DNA of 64,000 nucleotides from Acidimicrobiales bacterium (GCA_052143575.1 JBKQSP010000051.1:6308-70307), one strand, 5' to 3'. Counted from the stretch's first letter, positions 8,042 through 17,819 are shown. Numbers and translations: made by a program. The notes: generated from the letters alone by a model not told the origin.

Positions 8042-10534
8042 ATGGCTGACGCCATCACCGTCTCCGGTCCCGTGAGTGGGACCGACCGCACCATGTCCTT
8101 TGAGACCGGCAAGCTGGCCGGCCAGGCCGACGGGGCGGTGCTCGCTCGTCTCGGTGACACCATGGTCCTCGTCACGGCGACGGCGGCCCGCAAGGTCCGC
8201 GAGGGGACGGATTTCTTTCCGCTCACCGTCGACCTCGAGGAGCGGATGTACGCCGCCGGCAAGATCCCCGGCTCGTTCTTCCGTCGGGAGGGCCGGGCGA
8301 CCGATCAGGCCATCCTGACGGACCGGTTGATCGACCGGCCGCTGCGGCCGTCGTTTCCCGAGGGCTTCCGCAACGAGGTCCACATCGTCGGCACGACGTT
8401 TGCCGCCGACCTCGTCAACCCGCACGACGTGCTCGCCATCAACGGCGCCTCCGCCGCCCTCATGATCTCGGGCATCCCCTTCGACGGCCCGATCGGCGCC
8501 GTTCGCATGGCCTACTCCACCGAGGGGACCTGGCTCCCGCACGCCACCTACCAGGAGGGTGATGCCTCGACCTTCGAGCTCGTCGTGGCCGGCAGGGCGC
8601 TCGGCACCGAGCGCGACGCCGAGGTCGCCATCATGATGGTGGAGGCGGGCGGGACCGAGAACGCCTGGCAGTACTACGAGAACGGCGCCCCGAAGGTGAC
8701 CGAGGACGTCATCGCCGAGGGCCTCGAGGCTTCGAAGACGTGGATTCGCGAGTCGATCGAGCTGCAGCGCGAGCTCGTCGCCAAGGCGGGCCGCAAGGAG
8801 ACGATCCCCTTCGAGCTGTTCGTCGACTACTCCGACGAGATCTACGAGCGGGTCTCCACCGTGGGCGCCGAGGCCATCACGACGGCGAATGCCATCACGA
8901 CCAAGACGGAGCGCAACGCCGCCCTCGACGCCGCCGCCGAGACGATCCTCGACGAGCTCGCACCGCTGTTCCCCGAGCGCGAGCGCGAGATCAAGGCGGC
9001 CATCCGCTCCTACACGAAGAAGATCGTGCGCAAGCGCATCGTCTCGGAGGGCATCCGCATCGACGGCCGTGGCACGACCGACATCCGGCCCCTCTCGGCC
9101 GAGGTGGGCCTCATCCCGACGGCGCACGGCTCCGGGCTCTTCCAGCGGGGCGACACCCAGGTGCTGAACTTCACGACCCTCGGCATGCCCCGCATGAACC
9201 AGCTGCTCGACACGATCGGCATCGACGACACCAAGCGCTACATGCACCACTACAACTTCCCGCCCTTCTCGACGGGCGAGACGGGGTTCATGCGGGGCCC
9301 GAAGCGCCGTGAAATCGGCCACGGACTGCTCGCCGAGCGCGCCCTCCTGCCGGTCATCCCGCCAGAGAGCGAGTTCCCCTACGTGCTCCGGCTCGTCTCC
9401 GAGGTGCTCTCCTCCAACGGCTCGACGTCGATGGCCTCGGTCTGCGGCTCCACGTTGTCGCTCATGGACGCCGGTGTGCCGATCAAGGCGCCGGTCGCCG
9501 GCATCGCCATGGGCCTCGTCTACGCCGAGGGCGTCTACACGACCCTGACCGACATCCTCGGGGCCGAGGACGCCTTCGGGGACATGGACTTCAAGGTGGC
9601 AGGCACCTCGGAATTCGTCACCGCCCTGCAGCTCGACACGAAGATCGACGGCCTGCCCGCCGACGTGCTCTCGAAGGCGCTCCACCAGGCGCGCGACGCC
9701 CGCCTCATCATCCTCGACGTCATCGCCGGCGCCATCTCGGCACCACGCGAGGAAGTGAAGCCGCACGCCCCGAAGATCGTCACCTTCGAGATCCCGATCG
9801 ACAAGATCGGTGAGGTCATCGGCCCCAAGGGCAAGGTCATCAACGCCATCCAGCAGGAGACGGGCGCGGACGTCAACGTCGACGACGACGGGCAGGTCGG
9901 CACCGTGACGATCGGCGCCAAGGAGCGCTCCGTCGTCGACGAGGCCCGTCGCCGCATCGAGACGATCCTCGACCCGCCCTCGGCCGACGTCGGCACCGTC
10001 TACACGGGCAAGGTCGTCAACATCACGAAATTCGGGGCGTTCGTCAACATCCTGCCGGGCCGTGACGGCCTCATCCACATCTCCCGCCTCGGCCAGGGCA
10101 AGCGAGTCGAGCGTGTCGAAGACGTCGTCGAGCTCGGCCAGGAGATCGAGGTGCGCGTCGACGACATCGACCCGCAGGGCAAGGTTTCGCTCTCGCTCGC
10201 ATCCTCACCGCCTCCCTCCGCCTCCTCGTCAGAGGACGGTGAAGGCGGGGATCGCCCCCGTGGCGGCCGCGGGCGCGAGCGGTCGGAGCGATCCGGTCCC
10301 GAGCGCTCGGAGCGCTCCGAGCGCAACGGCTCTGTCGCCGAGAGCGGCGTTCCGCGGGCATCCTTCGAGGACGCCTTCGACGCCGAGCTGTCGGCCGAGC
10401 TCGGCGACCTCGGTCCGCGCGAGTCGGCCGGGGCCGGTGGCCCGCGGCGTGAGGGAAGTCGCCGGCCGGAGGGTGGCCGGCGTGAGGGCGCAGGCGGCGG
10501 TCCCCGCCGCCGTCCCCGCAGCGGTCGGGACTAG
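8042..10534 (+). CDS. pnp: polyribonucleotide nucleotidyltransferase (PNPase) with extended Arg/Gly/Ser/Glu-rich C-terminal tail
   Basis: 830 aa: two RNase PH-like domains, a KH domain (IPIDKIGEVIGPKGKVINAIQ), an S1 domain (GKVVNITKFGAFVNILPGRDGLIHIS), then a low-complexity tail of about 110 aa. Confidence 0.95.
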   Translation: MADAITVSGPVSGTDRTMSFETGKLAGQADGAVLARLGDTMVLVTATAARKVREGTDFFPLTVDLEERMYAAGKIPGSFFRREGRATDQAILTDRLIDRPLRPSFPEGFRNEVHIVGTTFAADLVNPHDVLAINGASAALMISGIPFDGPIGAVRMAYSTEGTWLPHATYQEGDASTFELVVAGRALGTERDAEVAIMMVEAGGTENAWQYYENGAPKVTEDVIAEGLEASKTWIRESIELQRELVAKAGRKETIPFELFVDYSDEIYERVSTVGAEAITTANAITTKTERNAALDAAAETILDELAPLFPEREREIKAAIRSYTKKIVRKRIVSEGIRIDGRGTTDIRPLSAEVGLIPTAHGSGLFQRGDTQVLNFTTLGMPRMNQLLDTIGIDDTKRYMHHYNFPPFSTGETGFMRGPKRREIGHGLLAERALLPVIPPESEFPYVLRLVSEVLSSNGSTSMASVCGSTLSLMDAGVPIKAPVAGIAMGLVYAEGVYTTLTDILGAEDAFGDMDFKVAGTSEFVTALQLDTKIDGLPADVLSKALHQARDARLIILDVIAGAISAPREEVKPHAPKIVTFEIPIDKIGEVIGPKGKVINAIQQETGADVNVDDDGQVGTVTIGAKERSVVDEARRRIETILDPPSADVGTVYTGKVVNITKFGAFVNILPGRDGLIHISRLGQGKRVERVEDVVELGQEIEVRVDDIDPQGKVSLSLASSPPPSASSSEDGEGGDRPRGGRGRERSERSGPERSERSERNGSVAESGVPRASFEDAFDAELSAELGDLGPRESAGAGGPRREGSRRPEGGRREGAGGGPRRRPRSGRD

Positions 10535-10576
10535 GCCGGCTTTGCCGGGCCTCGCCCGACGCAGGCGCTCATCGCC

Positions 10577-11857
10577 TTGATCAAGACCTCGGTCCTCAAT
10601 TCGGGCATCCGTCTCGTCACCGAGTCGATGCCGGACGTCGCCTCGGCCTCCGTCGGCGTGTGGATCGGGACCGGCTCGCGGGACGAGTCAGGCCCGCAGG
10701 CCGGCATCTCCCACTTCCTCGAGCACTTGCTCTTCAAGGGGACCGACGGCCGCACCGCCCGCGACATCGCCGAGGCCGTCGACGCCGTCGGCGGCGACAT
10801 GAACGCCTACACGACGAAGGAGTACACGACCTTCTACGTACGCGCCCTCTCCGAGCACCTCGAGCTCGGCCTCGACATCCTCTGCGACATCTTGCGCGAG
10901 CCCGCCTTGCGAAGCGATGACGTCGACGCCGAGCGCCAGGTGATCCTCGAGGAGGTCCTCATGCACCGCGACGAGCCGGCCGACGTCGTGCAGGAGCGTT
11001 TCAGCGAGGCGATGTTCCTCAGCCACCCGCTCGGCCGCGAGGTGCTCGGCGACCCCGAGGTGATCCAGCGGGTCACCGTGCCCGAGATCCGGACGTTCTT
11101 CGACCACCACTACCTGCCCCGCAACATGGTCGTGGCCGCCGCCGGTGACATCGTGCACGAGGTCGTGGCGCAGGAGATCGAGCGGCGTTTCGTCGGCCGC
11201 GAGGGCGGTCAGGCGCCCCCGCGCACGTCCCCGGATACCCGCGTGCAGACCCTCACGGTGGAGCGCCGGGACACCGAGCAGGTGCAGCTCGTCCTCGGCA
11301 CCCGCGCCCCGGCGCGGCGCTCGCCGCACCGCTTCAGCTTGGCGGTGCTCAACCACGCCCTCGGTGGTGGCCTCTCGAGCCGCCTCTTCCAAGAGGTCCG
11401 AGAAACCCGTGGCCTCGCCTACTCCATCGGTTCCGACCGCCTCGCCTATGAGGACTCCGGAGCTCTCGCCGTCTCGGTGGGAACGGCGCCCGAGCACGCC
11501 ATGGAGGTCCTCGCTCTCATCGCCGCCGAGCTCGATGAGCTCCGCGACTCGGGCGTCTCCGAGCGTGAGCTCGAGGTGGCAAAGGGGCACCTGCGGGCGG
11601 ATCTGCTGCTTTCGCTCGAGGATTCCGGCGCCCGCATGTCCCGCATCGGGGCGAGCTTGCTGTTGCACGACGAGGTGCTCACGGTCGCCGAGCTCGAGGC
11701 GCGAATCGCCGCCGTCACCCTCGCCGATGTCGCCGGCGCCTCCGCCGGCGTCTTGAGCGGGCCGAGGGTGCTCGCCGTCGTAGGTCCCTTCGACGAGTCC
11801 GACTTCGCCTCCGTCTCCTCGACCGCGCCGAGCGGGCCGGCCTCAGCAGCCTCCTGA
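10577..11857 (+). CDS. M16 family zinc peptidase (pitrilysin-like)
   Basis: HxxEH zinc motif in GISHFLEHLLFKGT. Located downstream of pnp, as in other actinobacteria. Confidence 0.88.
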   Translation: MIKTSVLNSGIRLVTESMPDVASASVGVWIGTGSRDESGPQAGISHFLEHLLFKGTDGRTARDIAEAVDAVGGDMNAYTTKEYTTFYVRALSEHLELGLDILCDILREPALRSDDVDAERQVILEEVLMHRDEPADVVQERFSEAMFLSHPLGREVLGDPEVIQRVTVPEIRTFFDHHYLPRNMVVAAAGDIVHEVVAQEIERRFVGREGGQAPPRTSPDTRVQTLTVERRDTEQVQLVLGTRAPARRSPHRFSLAVLNHALGGGLSSRLFQEVRETRGLAYSIGSDRLAYEDSGALAVSVGTAPEHAMEVLALIAAELDELRDSGVSERELEVAKGHLRADLLLSLEDSGARMSRIGASLLLHDEVLTVAELEARIAAVTLADVAGASAGVLSGPRVLAVVGPFDESDFASVSSTAPSGPASAAS

Positions 11858-11871
11858 GCCTCCCCGCTACG

Positions 11872-12723
11872 GTGGGGAGCGTGATCCGCGTAGGTGTCTT
11901 CGGCGCCGGCGGGCGCATGGGCGCCACCGTCTGCGCGGCCGTCATGACGGCGTCCGATCTCGAGCTCGTGGCCGCCGTCGACCCGGCCCGTGCCGGCGAG
12001 CGCCTCACCGACGTGCTGGGCGGTTCGACGGTTGCTGTTGCCTCCGGGGGCCGAGCCGCCGGCGACCTGGCGATTGCCGCCGATGCGGAAGCGCTTGGTC
12101 GTGCCGGGGTTGACGTCGCCGTTGATTTCACCGTGGCGGCGGCGGCTCGCGAGAACCTCCGCTGGTGCTCGCTGCACTCGGTGCATGCCGTCGCAGGCAC
12201 GACCGGCTTCACCGACGGGGACCTCGAGCACTTCGCCGAGTGGTTCGGGCCGAGCTCTACGGCGAACGCCGTCGTCGCCGCCAACTTCTCGCTCGGAGCG
12301 GCTCTCATGATGCGCTGTGCCGAGCTGTGTGCCCCGTACTTCGACGGCGTCGAGATCATCGAGCTCCATCATGAGCACAAGCGCGATGCTCCCTCCGGGA
12401 CGTCGCTCGCGACGGCGCGCCGCATCGAGGCGGCCCGTTCCGCCGCCGGGCGCGGGCCGCTCGCCGCCGACCCGACCGAGCAGGAGGTCCTCGAGGGCGC
12501 TCGCGGCGGGGCCACGATCGGTGGCGTGCACGTGCACTCCGTGCGGCTGCCCGGCCTCGTCGCCCACCAGGAGGTTCTCTTCGGCTCGGCCGGCGAGACG
12601 CTGACGATGCGTCACGACTCGACGGATCGGGTGTCGTTCATGCCGGGGGTCCTGCTCGCCGTCCGCGGGGTCGCCGAACACGCCGGCCTGACCGTCGGCC
12701 TCGACTCGCTGCTCCGGGGCTGA
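11872..12723 (+). CDS. dapB: 4-hydroxy-tetrahydrodipicolinate reductase
   Basis: N-terminal Rossmann motif VGVFGAGGRMG and the ELHHEHKRDAPSGT motif. An alternative GTG start exists 9 nt downstream. Confidence 0.9.
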   Translation: MGSVIRVGVFGAGGRMGATVCAAVMTASDLELVAAVDPARAGERLTDVLGGSTVAVASGGRAAGDLAIAADAEALGRAGVDVAVDFTVAAAARENLRWCSLHSVHAVAGTTGFTDGDLEHFAEWFGPSSTANAVVAANFSLGAALMMRCAELCAPYFDGVEIIELHHEHKRDAPSGTSLATARRIEAARSAAGRGPLAADPTEQEVLEGARGGATIGGVHVHSVRLPGLVAHQEVLFGSAGETLTMRHDSTDRVSFMPGVLLAVRGVAEHAGLTVGLDSLLRG

Positions 12724-12769
12724 GCCGGCAACCCGACACGTCCGTGGCCGAAGCCGCCGGGAAGCGCCG

Positions 12770-15700
12770 TCAGCCCGCCGGCCAGGCGACGGTGACCTCG
12801 CCGGCGCTCGTGCAACGTTCCGCGTTGGAGACAAGTCCGTCCGAGTTGACGGCACGGATGATGACGCTCAGCGAACCCGCCGGCGCCGTCAGTTGCACCC
12901 GGGCGCCGGCGGCGCGGCTCACCTTCACCGTCTCGAGCCGAAGGCGCTTGCCGTCGGCGCTCAGGAAGACCAGCTGGAACCACGACGCCTTCCCGTCGTA
13001 CCAGTGCGAGCCCGGTGCCACGAAGTGCAGTGTGCGACCCGAGAGGCGGGCGTCCCGCACGACGCCGGGCGGGCGGGAGTCCGTGCCGAGGCGGCCGGAG
13101 TTGTACTCGTCGTGGAACGCCCGCCACCAGCTCCCGCTGCCGGGGGCGGCCCCAGGTGTCGACCAGACGAAGAGATACCCCTCGCGGGTGACGGTCACGA
13201 GGTCGTCGTGGCCGTTGCCGAGGAGGTCGCCGGCGCTCGGGGCATAGACCGTCCACCCCCCGGTGAATTTCGGGAATCCCGCCACGACGGCTCCGGAGGC
13301 GGCGCGGGCGTCCACGGCCCCTGAGTCACCGCCGATGACGAGCTCGTTGGCGTCCCCCGAGCTGACGGGGGCGAGCATGGGCTGGCCGAGGAAGTCCATT
13401 CCCTGCTCAGTCGTCGGGAAGCCCTTCAGCTCATCGGCTCCCGAGCCCGTCCTGCTGGCTGCGAGCGCCGGCCAGGCGGCGGCCAGCTCGTTGATCGGGT
13501 TGCCCGAGCCGGCATAGAGGAGGGCGGCGGCGAGGTGCTCGGTGCCGATGGCCGGATCGGCATAGACGAGCTGGGCACCGAGGGTGCCGAAGGCTCCGCT
13601 GCCGGTGAACGGGGTGGGCGTCGTCGCCGGCAGATGGCCGGAGATGGCGCCGGCGGGATCGCTCACGACGCCGAGGAGGGCACCGAGCACGGCGCCCGAG
13701 GACCCGTAGCTGCCGATGACCTTGCCAGTGGAGGTGACGAGGCTGTTCGGAGTCCAGATCGGCCCGACGGCGACGTCGTCGAGCGACTTGTTGCCGTCTC
13801 GGTTGCCGAGGACGTCGGCCACGGCGGGCGCGTCCGTGCCTTCGGTGACGAACTCCTGGGCGCTCCCGTAGTCCTCGATCGTGCCCTGCAGGCGGACGGG
13901 CCAACCGCGTACGAGCTTGCCGGCGGGCGTGTAGGCGAAGACGAAGCCGTAGTCGAGGGCCTGCAGGCCACCCTCGCCGGTCCCGAGCTCGGTGTACTGG
14001 GACCGGATGACGAGATCAGGGGTCCCCGTCGGGCTGAAGCGGGCGACGGCAGGCGACGTGTCGAGCTTCTCGTCGGCCTCGAGGGTGTCACCCGCCGGCA
14101 GCTTCGCCTCGGCGGGCGTCAGGGTGACACGCACCGGCCAGCCGGGCAGCACCTTCCCGCTCGGGTACCAGGCATGGATTTCCCCGTCCCAGCCGGCCTG
14201 CACGATGTCGAGAACGGGGCCCTTCTCGAGGGAGACGAGCACGGGAGGTGCCGTGGCGCCCTCCACCGGGCGGCGTTCGTGGGAGCGGTTCGGACGTGGG
14301 ATAGGAGGCTTTACGACGCCGGCGTCCATGGCTTTCGGCCACCCCCGCTCGAGCTTGCCAGCGGCGTTGAAGACATAGACGTAACCGTCCTCCGACGTCG
14401 CCACGACCGAGAGGCTGCCCGTGTGGTCAAGATCGCCGACGGCGACGTCCGACATGATGGGCTGGTCCCCGGTGCTGACGCCCTTCGGCACGTCGAGTGC
14501 CCTGACGGCATCGGTGCGCGCCGGCCAGCCGGGCACCTCGGCGCCTGTCTTCGGGTCGATGGCCTCGATCGTGCCGTCCGCCGTCCCGAAGACGGTGTCG
14601 AGCCGGCCGCGGCCTTGCAGGTCGACGAGGGCCGGCTCGCTCTCGCCGCTGGAACCGATCGAGAGCGGGAAGCCGGCGAGGGCACTCGAGTCGTGGAAGA
14701 CGTCGACGACGCGGCGGGCTTCGCCGCTGAGGGTGGAGGAACCGATGACGGTGCTCGTCACGACGCGGAACGTCACGTCGTACTGGTCGAACGTCGTCAG
14801 CTCCTTCGTGGAGGAGAGGTGGAACGCCGCCTCGTAGAAAGACGCCGGAACGAGCGCGAGGGAGAACGTTCCGAAGGTGCCCGAGAACGGCCCGGTGCGG
14901 CTCCCGGACGAGATCGTGTGCCACGCCGAGGGGTCGCCGCCGAGTCCGTACTGCAAGCTCCAGTGGTAGGCCTGCCCGCTGTCGGCACTCACCGTGCCGG
15001 TCACCGTCACCGAGTGCTGGCGGGTCGGGTCTGCCAGCGTGTACCAGGCAGGGGAGTCGATCTCGGGAGCGGCCGGCACGTGGGCGACGGCGACGTCCTG
15101 CAGCGCCGTCAGGACGTCCGGCATCCCGTAGCCGTACTGCTCGTTCCACTCGCCCGGTGAGGCGGGCCAGGGCAGCTTGGCCCCGGGCGGCGCCACCGGC
15201 TCAGCCGATGCCTCGCGAAGGACCTGCACGGCTTGCGGACCCGTCAAGGGTGCAGCGATGGTGTGGGCAGCGGCCGCCAGGTCCCCCTCCGAGAGCACGA
15301 GCGCCATGACGCCGCCGAGCGTGGGCGTCGACTCCGAGGTGCTGCCGCCGTTGGTGGCGACGGAGAAGACGTTGTGGACGCCGAAGGACGTCAGGTCAGA
15401 ACGCGTCCAGAACGGCCCCTTCATCCCTGCGAGCGTCGAGCCGCTCACGCCGGCCGTGTTCGGGACAAGGCCGTTGCCGGGCAGGACGTTGCCCCAGTAC
15501 ATGCCGCCCTGGTGATCGGCCGAGTCGAAGTCGTTGCTCGACTCGAGGACAACGACGCCGAGCGAGTCGAGGTAGGCGAGGATCCCGGCGGCAAAGGAGG
15601 AGTAGCCGAGGTCGGCTGTCACCGAGACGATGACCTTGGCACCCGACTCGGCGGCGAAGAGCCAGGCCTTGGCGAGCAATTCGGTCGAGTCGATCGCCTC

Positions 15701-16486
15701 GTCGCCGGCCTTCACAGGCAGGATGAGGCACGTGGGGCAGACGCGGTGGATGACGTTCATCTGGTCGTCGGAATGGTCATAGGAGCCATCGGTCGTGGCC
15801 GGGTCGTTCTGGTTGTCGTAGAAGTCCCAGCCGCTGATGGCGTCCTGGTAGCCCGCCGGAGACGCGTGTGCCGGCCGGAAACCGGCGCCCGAGAAGGCGG
15901 CGATGAGATCCTCCGGATCGAGGATGCCGTTGTGGTTGGCGTCGTGCACGCGGGGATCGTGCGCCCAGTCCTGCACGGTGACGTCGTCGGTATTGGCCAC
16001 GGTCTCGTAGTCCGAGATCCGGCTCGAATACGCCGTGGCGCAGGCAACGCTCTTGCCGTCGAGCGTCATGGTGGCCGTGGCGACGGTGGCTCCCACGCAA
16101 GGCACGGGCGTGTCCCGCCAGTTCACCCACATGGCGTTGGCGAGCGCCTGCGAGGCGTCGAACCAGTTGGGGCCGCCCTCGATGTAGGCGACGAGCACGT
16201 GGGGTGCCGTCGTCCCCGTCGAGTGGCCGGACAGGTAGGCCTGGGCAGCGTCGACGTTCATGCCCGCCGGGCCGTAGGGGTCGATCGTGCTTGCGGTCGC
16301 ACGGCCAGTGCCGGCGACGTGGGCGGCGAGGGCAGCGCTCGCCGGCGCCCCGGCGGTCGCTCGTGCCGCCGCCGGCAACGTGGAGGCGGCCACCACGACG
16401 GGCACGACGACAACGGCCGTCATCCAGAGCAGGCGCCACCTTCTGCCGAGTCGGGTGAAGCGCTCTCGTGACGAAGGGGCAGCCAT
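12770..16486 (-). CDS. large secreted subtilase-like (S8-like) protein with FG-GAP/propeller-type repeats
   Basis: 1238 aa. The N-terminus has RRWRLLW plus a hydrophobic signal. Subtilase-like blocks are VAYIEGG…, YDHSDDQ, ESSNDF and GGSTSESTPTLGG. The C-terminal half has FG-GAP-like units (VAVGDLDHTGSLSVV…GYVYVF, SAGDLLGNGHDDLVTVTREGYLFVW). Confidence 0.75.
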   Translation of the reverse strand: MAAPSSRERFTRLGRRWRLLWMTAVVVVPVVVAASTLPAAARATAGAPASAALAAHVAGTGRATASTIDPYGPAGMNVDAAQAYLSGHSTGTTAPHVLVAYIEGGPNWFDASQALANAMWVNWRDTPVPCVGATVATATMTLDGKSVACATAYSSRISDYETVANTDDVTVQDWAHDPRVHDANHNGILDPEDLIAAFSGAGFRPAHASPAGYQDAISGWDFYDNQNDPATTDGSYDHSDDQMNVIHRVCPTCLILPVKAGDEAIDSTELLAKAWLFAAESGAKVIVSVTADLGYSSFAAGILAYLDSLGVVVLESSNDFDSADHQGGMYWGNVLPGNGLVPNTAGVSGSTLAGMKGPFWTRSDLTSFGVHNVFSVATNGGSTSESTPTLGGVMALVLSEGDLAAAAHTIAAPLTGPQAVQVLREASAEPVAPPGAKLPWPASPGEWNEQYGYGMPDVLTALQDVAVAHVPAAPEIDSPAWYTLADPTRQHSVTVTGTVSADSGQAYHWSLQYGLGGDPSAWHTISSGSRTGPFSGTFGTFSLALVPASFYEAAFHLSSTKELTTFDQYDVTFRVVTSTVIGSSTLSGEARRVVDVFHDSSALAGFPLSIGSSGESEPALVDLQGRGRLDTVFGTADGTIEAIDPKTGAEVPGWPARTDAVRALDVPKGVSTGDQPIMSDVAVGDLDHTGSLSVVATSEDGYVYVFNAAGKLERGWPKAMDAGVVKPPIPRPNRSHERRPVEGATAPPVLVSLEKGPVLDIVQAGWDGEIHAWYPSGKVLPGWPVRVTLTPAEAKLPAGDTLEADEKLDTSPAVARFSPTGTPDLVIRSQYTELGTGEGGLQALDYGFVFAYTPAGKLVRGWPVRLQGTIEDYGSAQEFVTEGTDAPAVADVLGNRDGNKSLDDVAVGPIWTPNSLVTSTGKVIGSYGSSGAVLGALLGVVSDPAGAISGHLPATTPTPFTGSGAFGTLGAQLVYADPAIGTEHLAAALLYAGSGNPINELAAAWPALAASRTGSGADELKGFPTTEQGMDFLGQPMLAPVSSGDANELVIGGDSGAVDARAASGAVVAGFPKFTGGWTVYAPSAGDLLGNGHDDLVTVTREGYLFVWSTPGAAPGSGSWWRAFHDEYNSGRLGTDSRPPGVVRDARLSGRTLHFVAPGSHWYDGKASWFQLVFLSADGKRLRLETVKVSRAAGARVQLTAPAGSLSVIIRAVNSDGLVSNAERCTSAGEVTVAWPAG

Positions 16487-16513
16487 TGCCGGAGCCTACC
16501 TACGGGTGGAGAT

Positions 16514-16532
16514 CGAGCCCTGAGACGGCTCG
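16514..16532. promoter_or_regulatory. inverted repeat CGAGCC-N7-GGCTCG in the 61-bp divergent region between the S8-like gene and TetR-1
   Basis: Read directly. The spacer ctgagac resembles the half-site of the TetR-2 operator at 18016. Confidence 0.3.
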
Positions 16533-16547
16533 CCTACGCTCGAGTCG

Positions 16548-17162
16548 ATGCCACGCCCCGTCGTTGACACCCGCACGCGCCTTCTGGAGGCGACGTACGA
16601 GTGCATCGCCCGCGACGGTCTTGCGGCGACTTCGCTGGAGGACGCCGCCCGCTCGGCTGGCGTGTCGCGGGCGACCTTGTACCGATACTTCCCAGGTGGA
16701 CGCGACGAGCTGCTGGCGGCCGTGATCACGTGGGAGACCCTGCGCTTCTTCCTGCGGTTGGCCGACGCCGTGGCGGCGGCGCCCGATCTCGAGGCCGTGC
16801 TCGTCGACGGCATCCTCTTCGCCCACCGCGCCATCGAGGAGCACGAGGTGCTGCAACGCCTGCTCGGGACCGAGCCGGAGCTGCTGACGCCGCAGCTGAC
16901 CCTCGACGCACCTCGCATCTTGAACCTGCTGCGGACATTCTTCGCCGGGCGCTTCGGTGATCACGAGCTGCGGGAGGGCCTGTCGCTCCTCGAGGCGGCC
17001 GAGTACGTCGCCCGCATGACCCTCTCGTTCATCTCCTCGCCGGGCCGCTGGGACCTCTCCGACCGCGATCAGGTCCGCACGCTCGTGCGCAGCGAGATCC
17101 TCGCCGGCGTGCACCCCTACGAGGTGGCCGGCCCGCACGCTGGGGCGCCGCCAGCGCCCTGA
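16548..17162 (+). CDS. TetR family transcriptional regulator
   Basis: N-terminal HTH RLLEATYECIARDGLAATSLEDAARSAGVSRATLYRYFPGGRDELL. Confidence 0.88.
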   Translation: MPRPVVDTRTRLLEATYECIARDGLAATSLEDAARSAGVSRATLYRYFPGGRDELLAAVITWETLRFFLRLADAVAAAPDLEAVLVDGILFAHRAIEEHEVLQRLLGTEPELLTPQLTLDAPRILNLLRTFFAGRFGDHELREGLSLLEAAEYVARMTLSFISSPGRWDLSDRDQVRTLVRSEILAGVHPYEVAGPHAGAPPAP

Positions 17163-17200
17163 GGGGCCGCCTTGGTGGTCGGAGGGATCCGATAGCCCGG

Positions 17201-17245
17201 GCGCTCAGATGCTGAGCGCTCAGATGCCGAGCGCTCAGATGGCGG
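17201..17245. repeat. 15-bp tandem repeat x3 (gcgctcagatgcNga) forming serial hairpins between convergent genes
   Basis: Copies at 17201, 17216 and 17231. gcgctcag-atg-ctgagcgc forms an 8-bp stem. The last copy contains the stop codon of the 17235..17819 gene. Confidence 0.8.
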
Positions 17246-17819
17246 TGTAGCCGGGGATGCCCACGCCCCCCTCGACCGGCCCGACGTACATGAAGATCGG
17301 GCCGTTGTTCTTGCAGGCGCCGATCTGCAGTGGGACGAGCACCGAGGCGTGCTGGCCCGGAGGAGTCAGCCGCAGCACGCCCGCCGTGGCGGCATGACAG
17401 GTGGCAAGGAAGCCCGGGTCGATGGATCGCAAGATGACGTGAGCCGTCCCGCCGGCGGCGGCGAGGGTCACGAGGTGCGGGGTGCTGCCGGCGAGGTGAG
17501 CTGCGGCGCTGCCGAGCTGGGGGCCGCTCACGCTGAGGGCGACGAGTCCCGGGAAACCGTCCAACGAGCAAGCGTGGGTACCCACGTTGCTGAGCTCGAT
17601 GTCCCAGTACGTGCTTCCGGCGGCGCCGTTGCCGGGCTCGCCGTACCAGACGTCGAGATGGCGCGTGAGGCAGCGAGCCGCCGTGGCGGGGCGGGCCGGT
17701 TGCGCCGAAGCGGCCCCGGATGCCGTCGACAGCGCCACGACGGAGATCAGCGCCGCTGCCGAGCTGAGTACGGCAACTGCGGCAGCGAGGCGCCGATTGG
17801 GACGACGTGTCAGCTTCAT
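17235..17819 (-). CDS. secreted DUF4232-like protein (194 aa)
   Basis: ATG 17819 with a GGAGG SD. Signal peptide MKLTRRPNRRLAAAVAVLSSAAALISVVAL, then a Cys-containing domain (CLTRHLDVWY…HACSLDGFPG) resembling DUF4232 from memory. The longer TTG-18047 version in the track was rejected. Confidence 0.7.
   Translation of the reverse strand: MKLTRRPNRRLAAAVAVLSSAAALISVVALSTASGAASAQPARPATAARCLTRHLDVWYGEPGNGAAGSTYWDIELSNVGTHACSLDGFPGLVALSVSGPQLGSAAAHLAGSTPHLVTLAAAGGTAHVILRSIDPGFLATCHAATAGVLRLTPPGQHASVLVPLQIGACKNNGPIFMYVGPVEGGVGIPGYTAI

Noticed and set aside
7913-10078. 721-aa minus-strand ORF
   Set aside because: It is antisense to pnp with low-complexity D/G/R/V composition, so it is a shadow ORF.
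17201-17245. The 15-bp triple repeat as a TetR operator array
   Set aside because: It lies at the 3' ends of two convergent genes, not at a promoter. Serial hairpins (a terminator) are the simpler explanation, and the similarity to the TetR-2 operator is limited to 5 nt.
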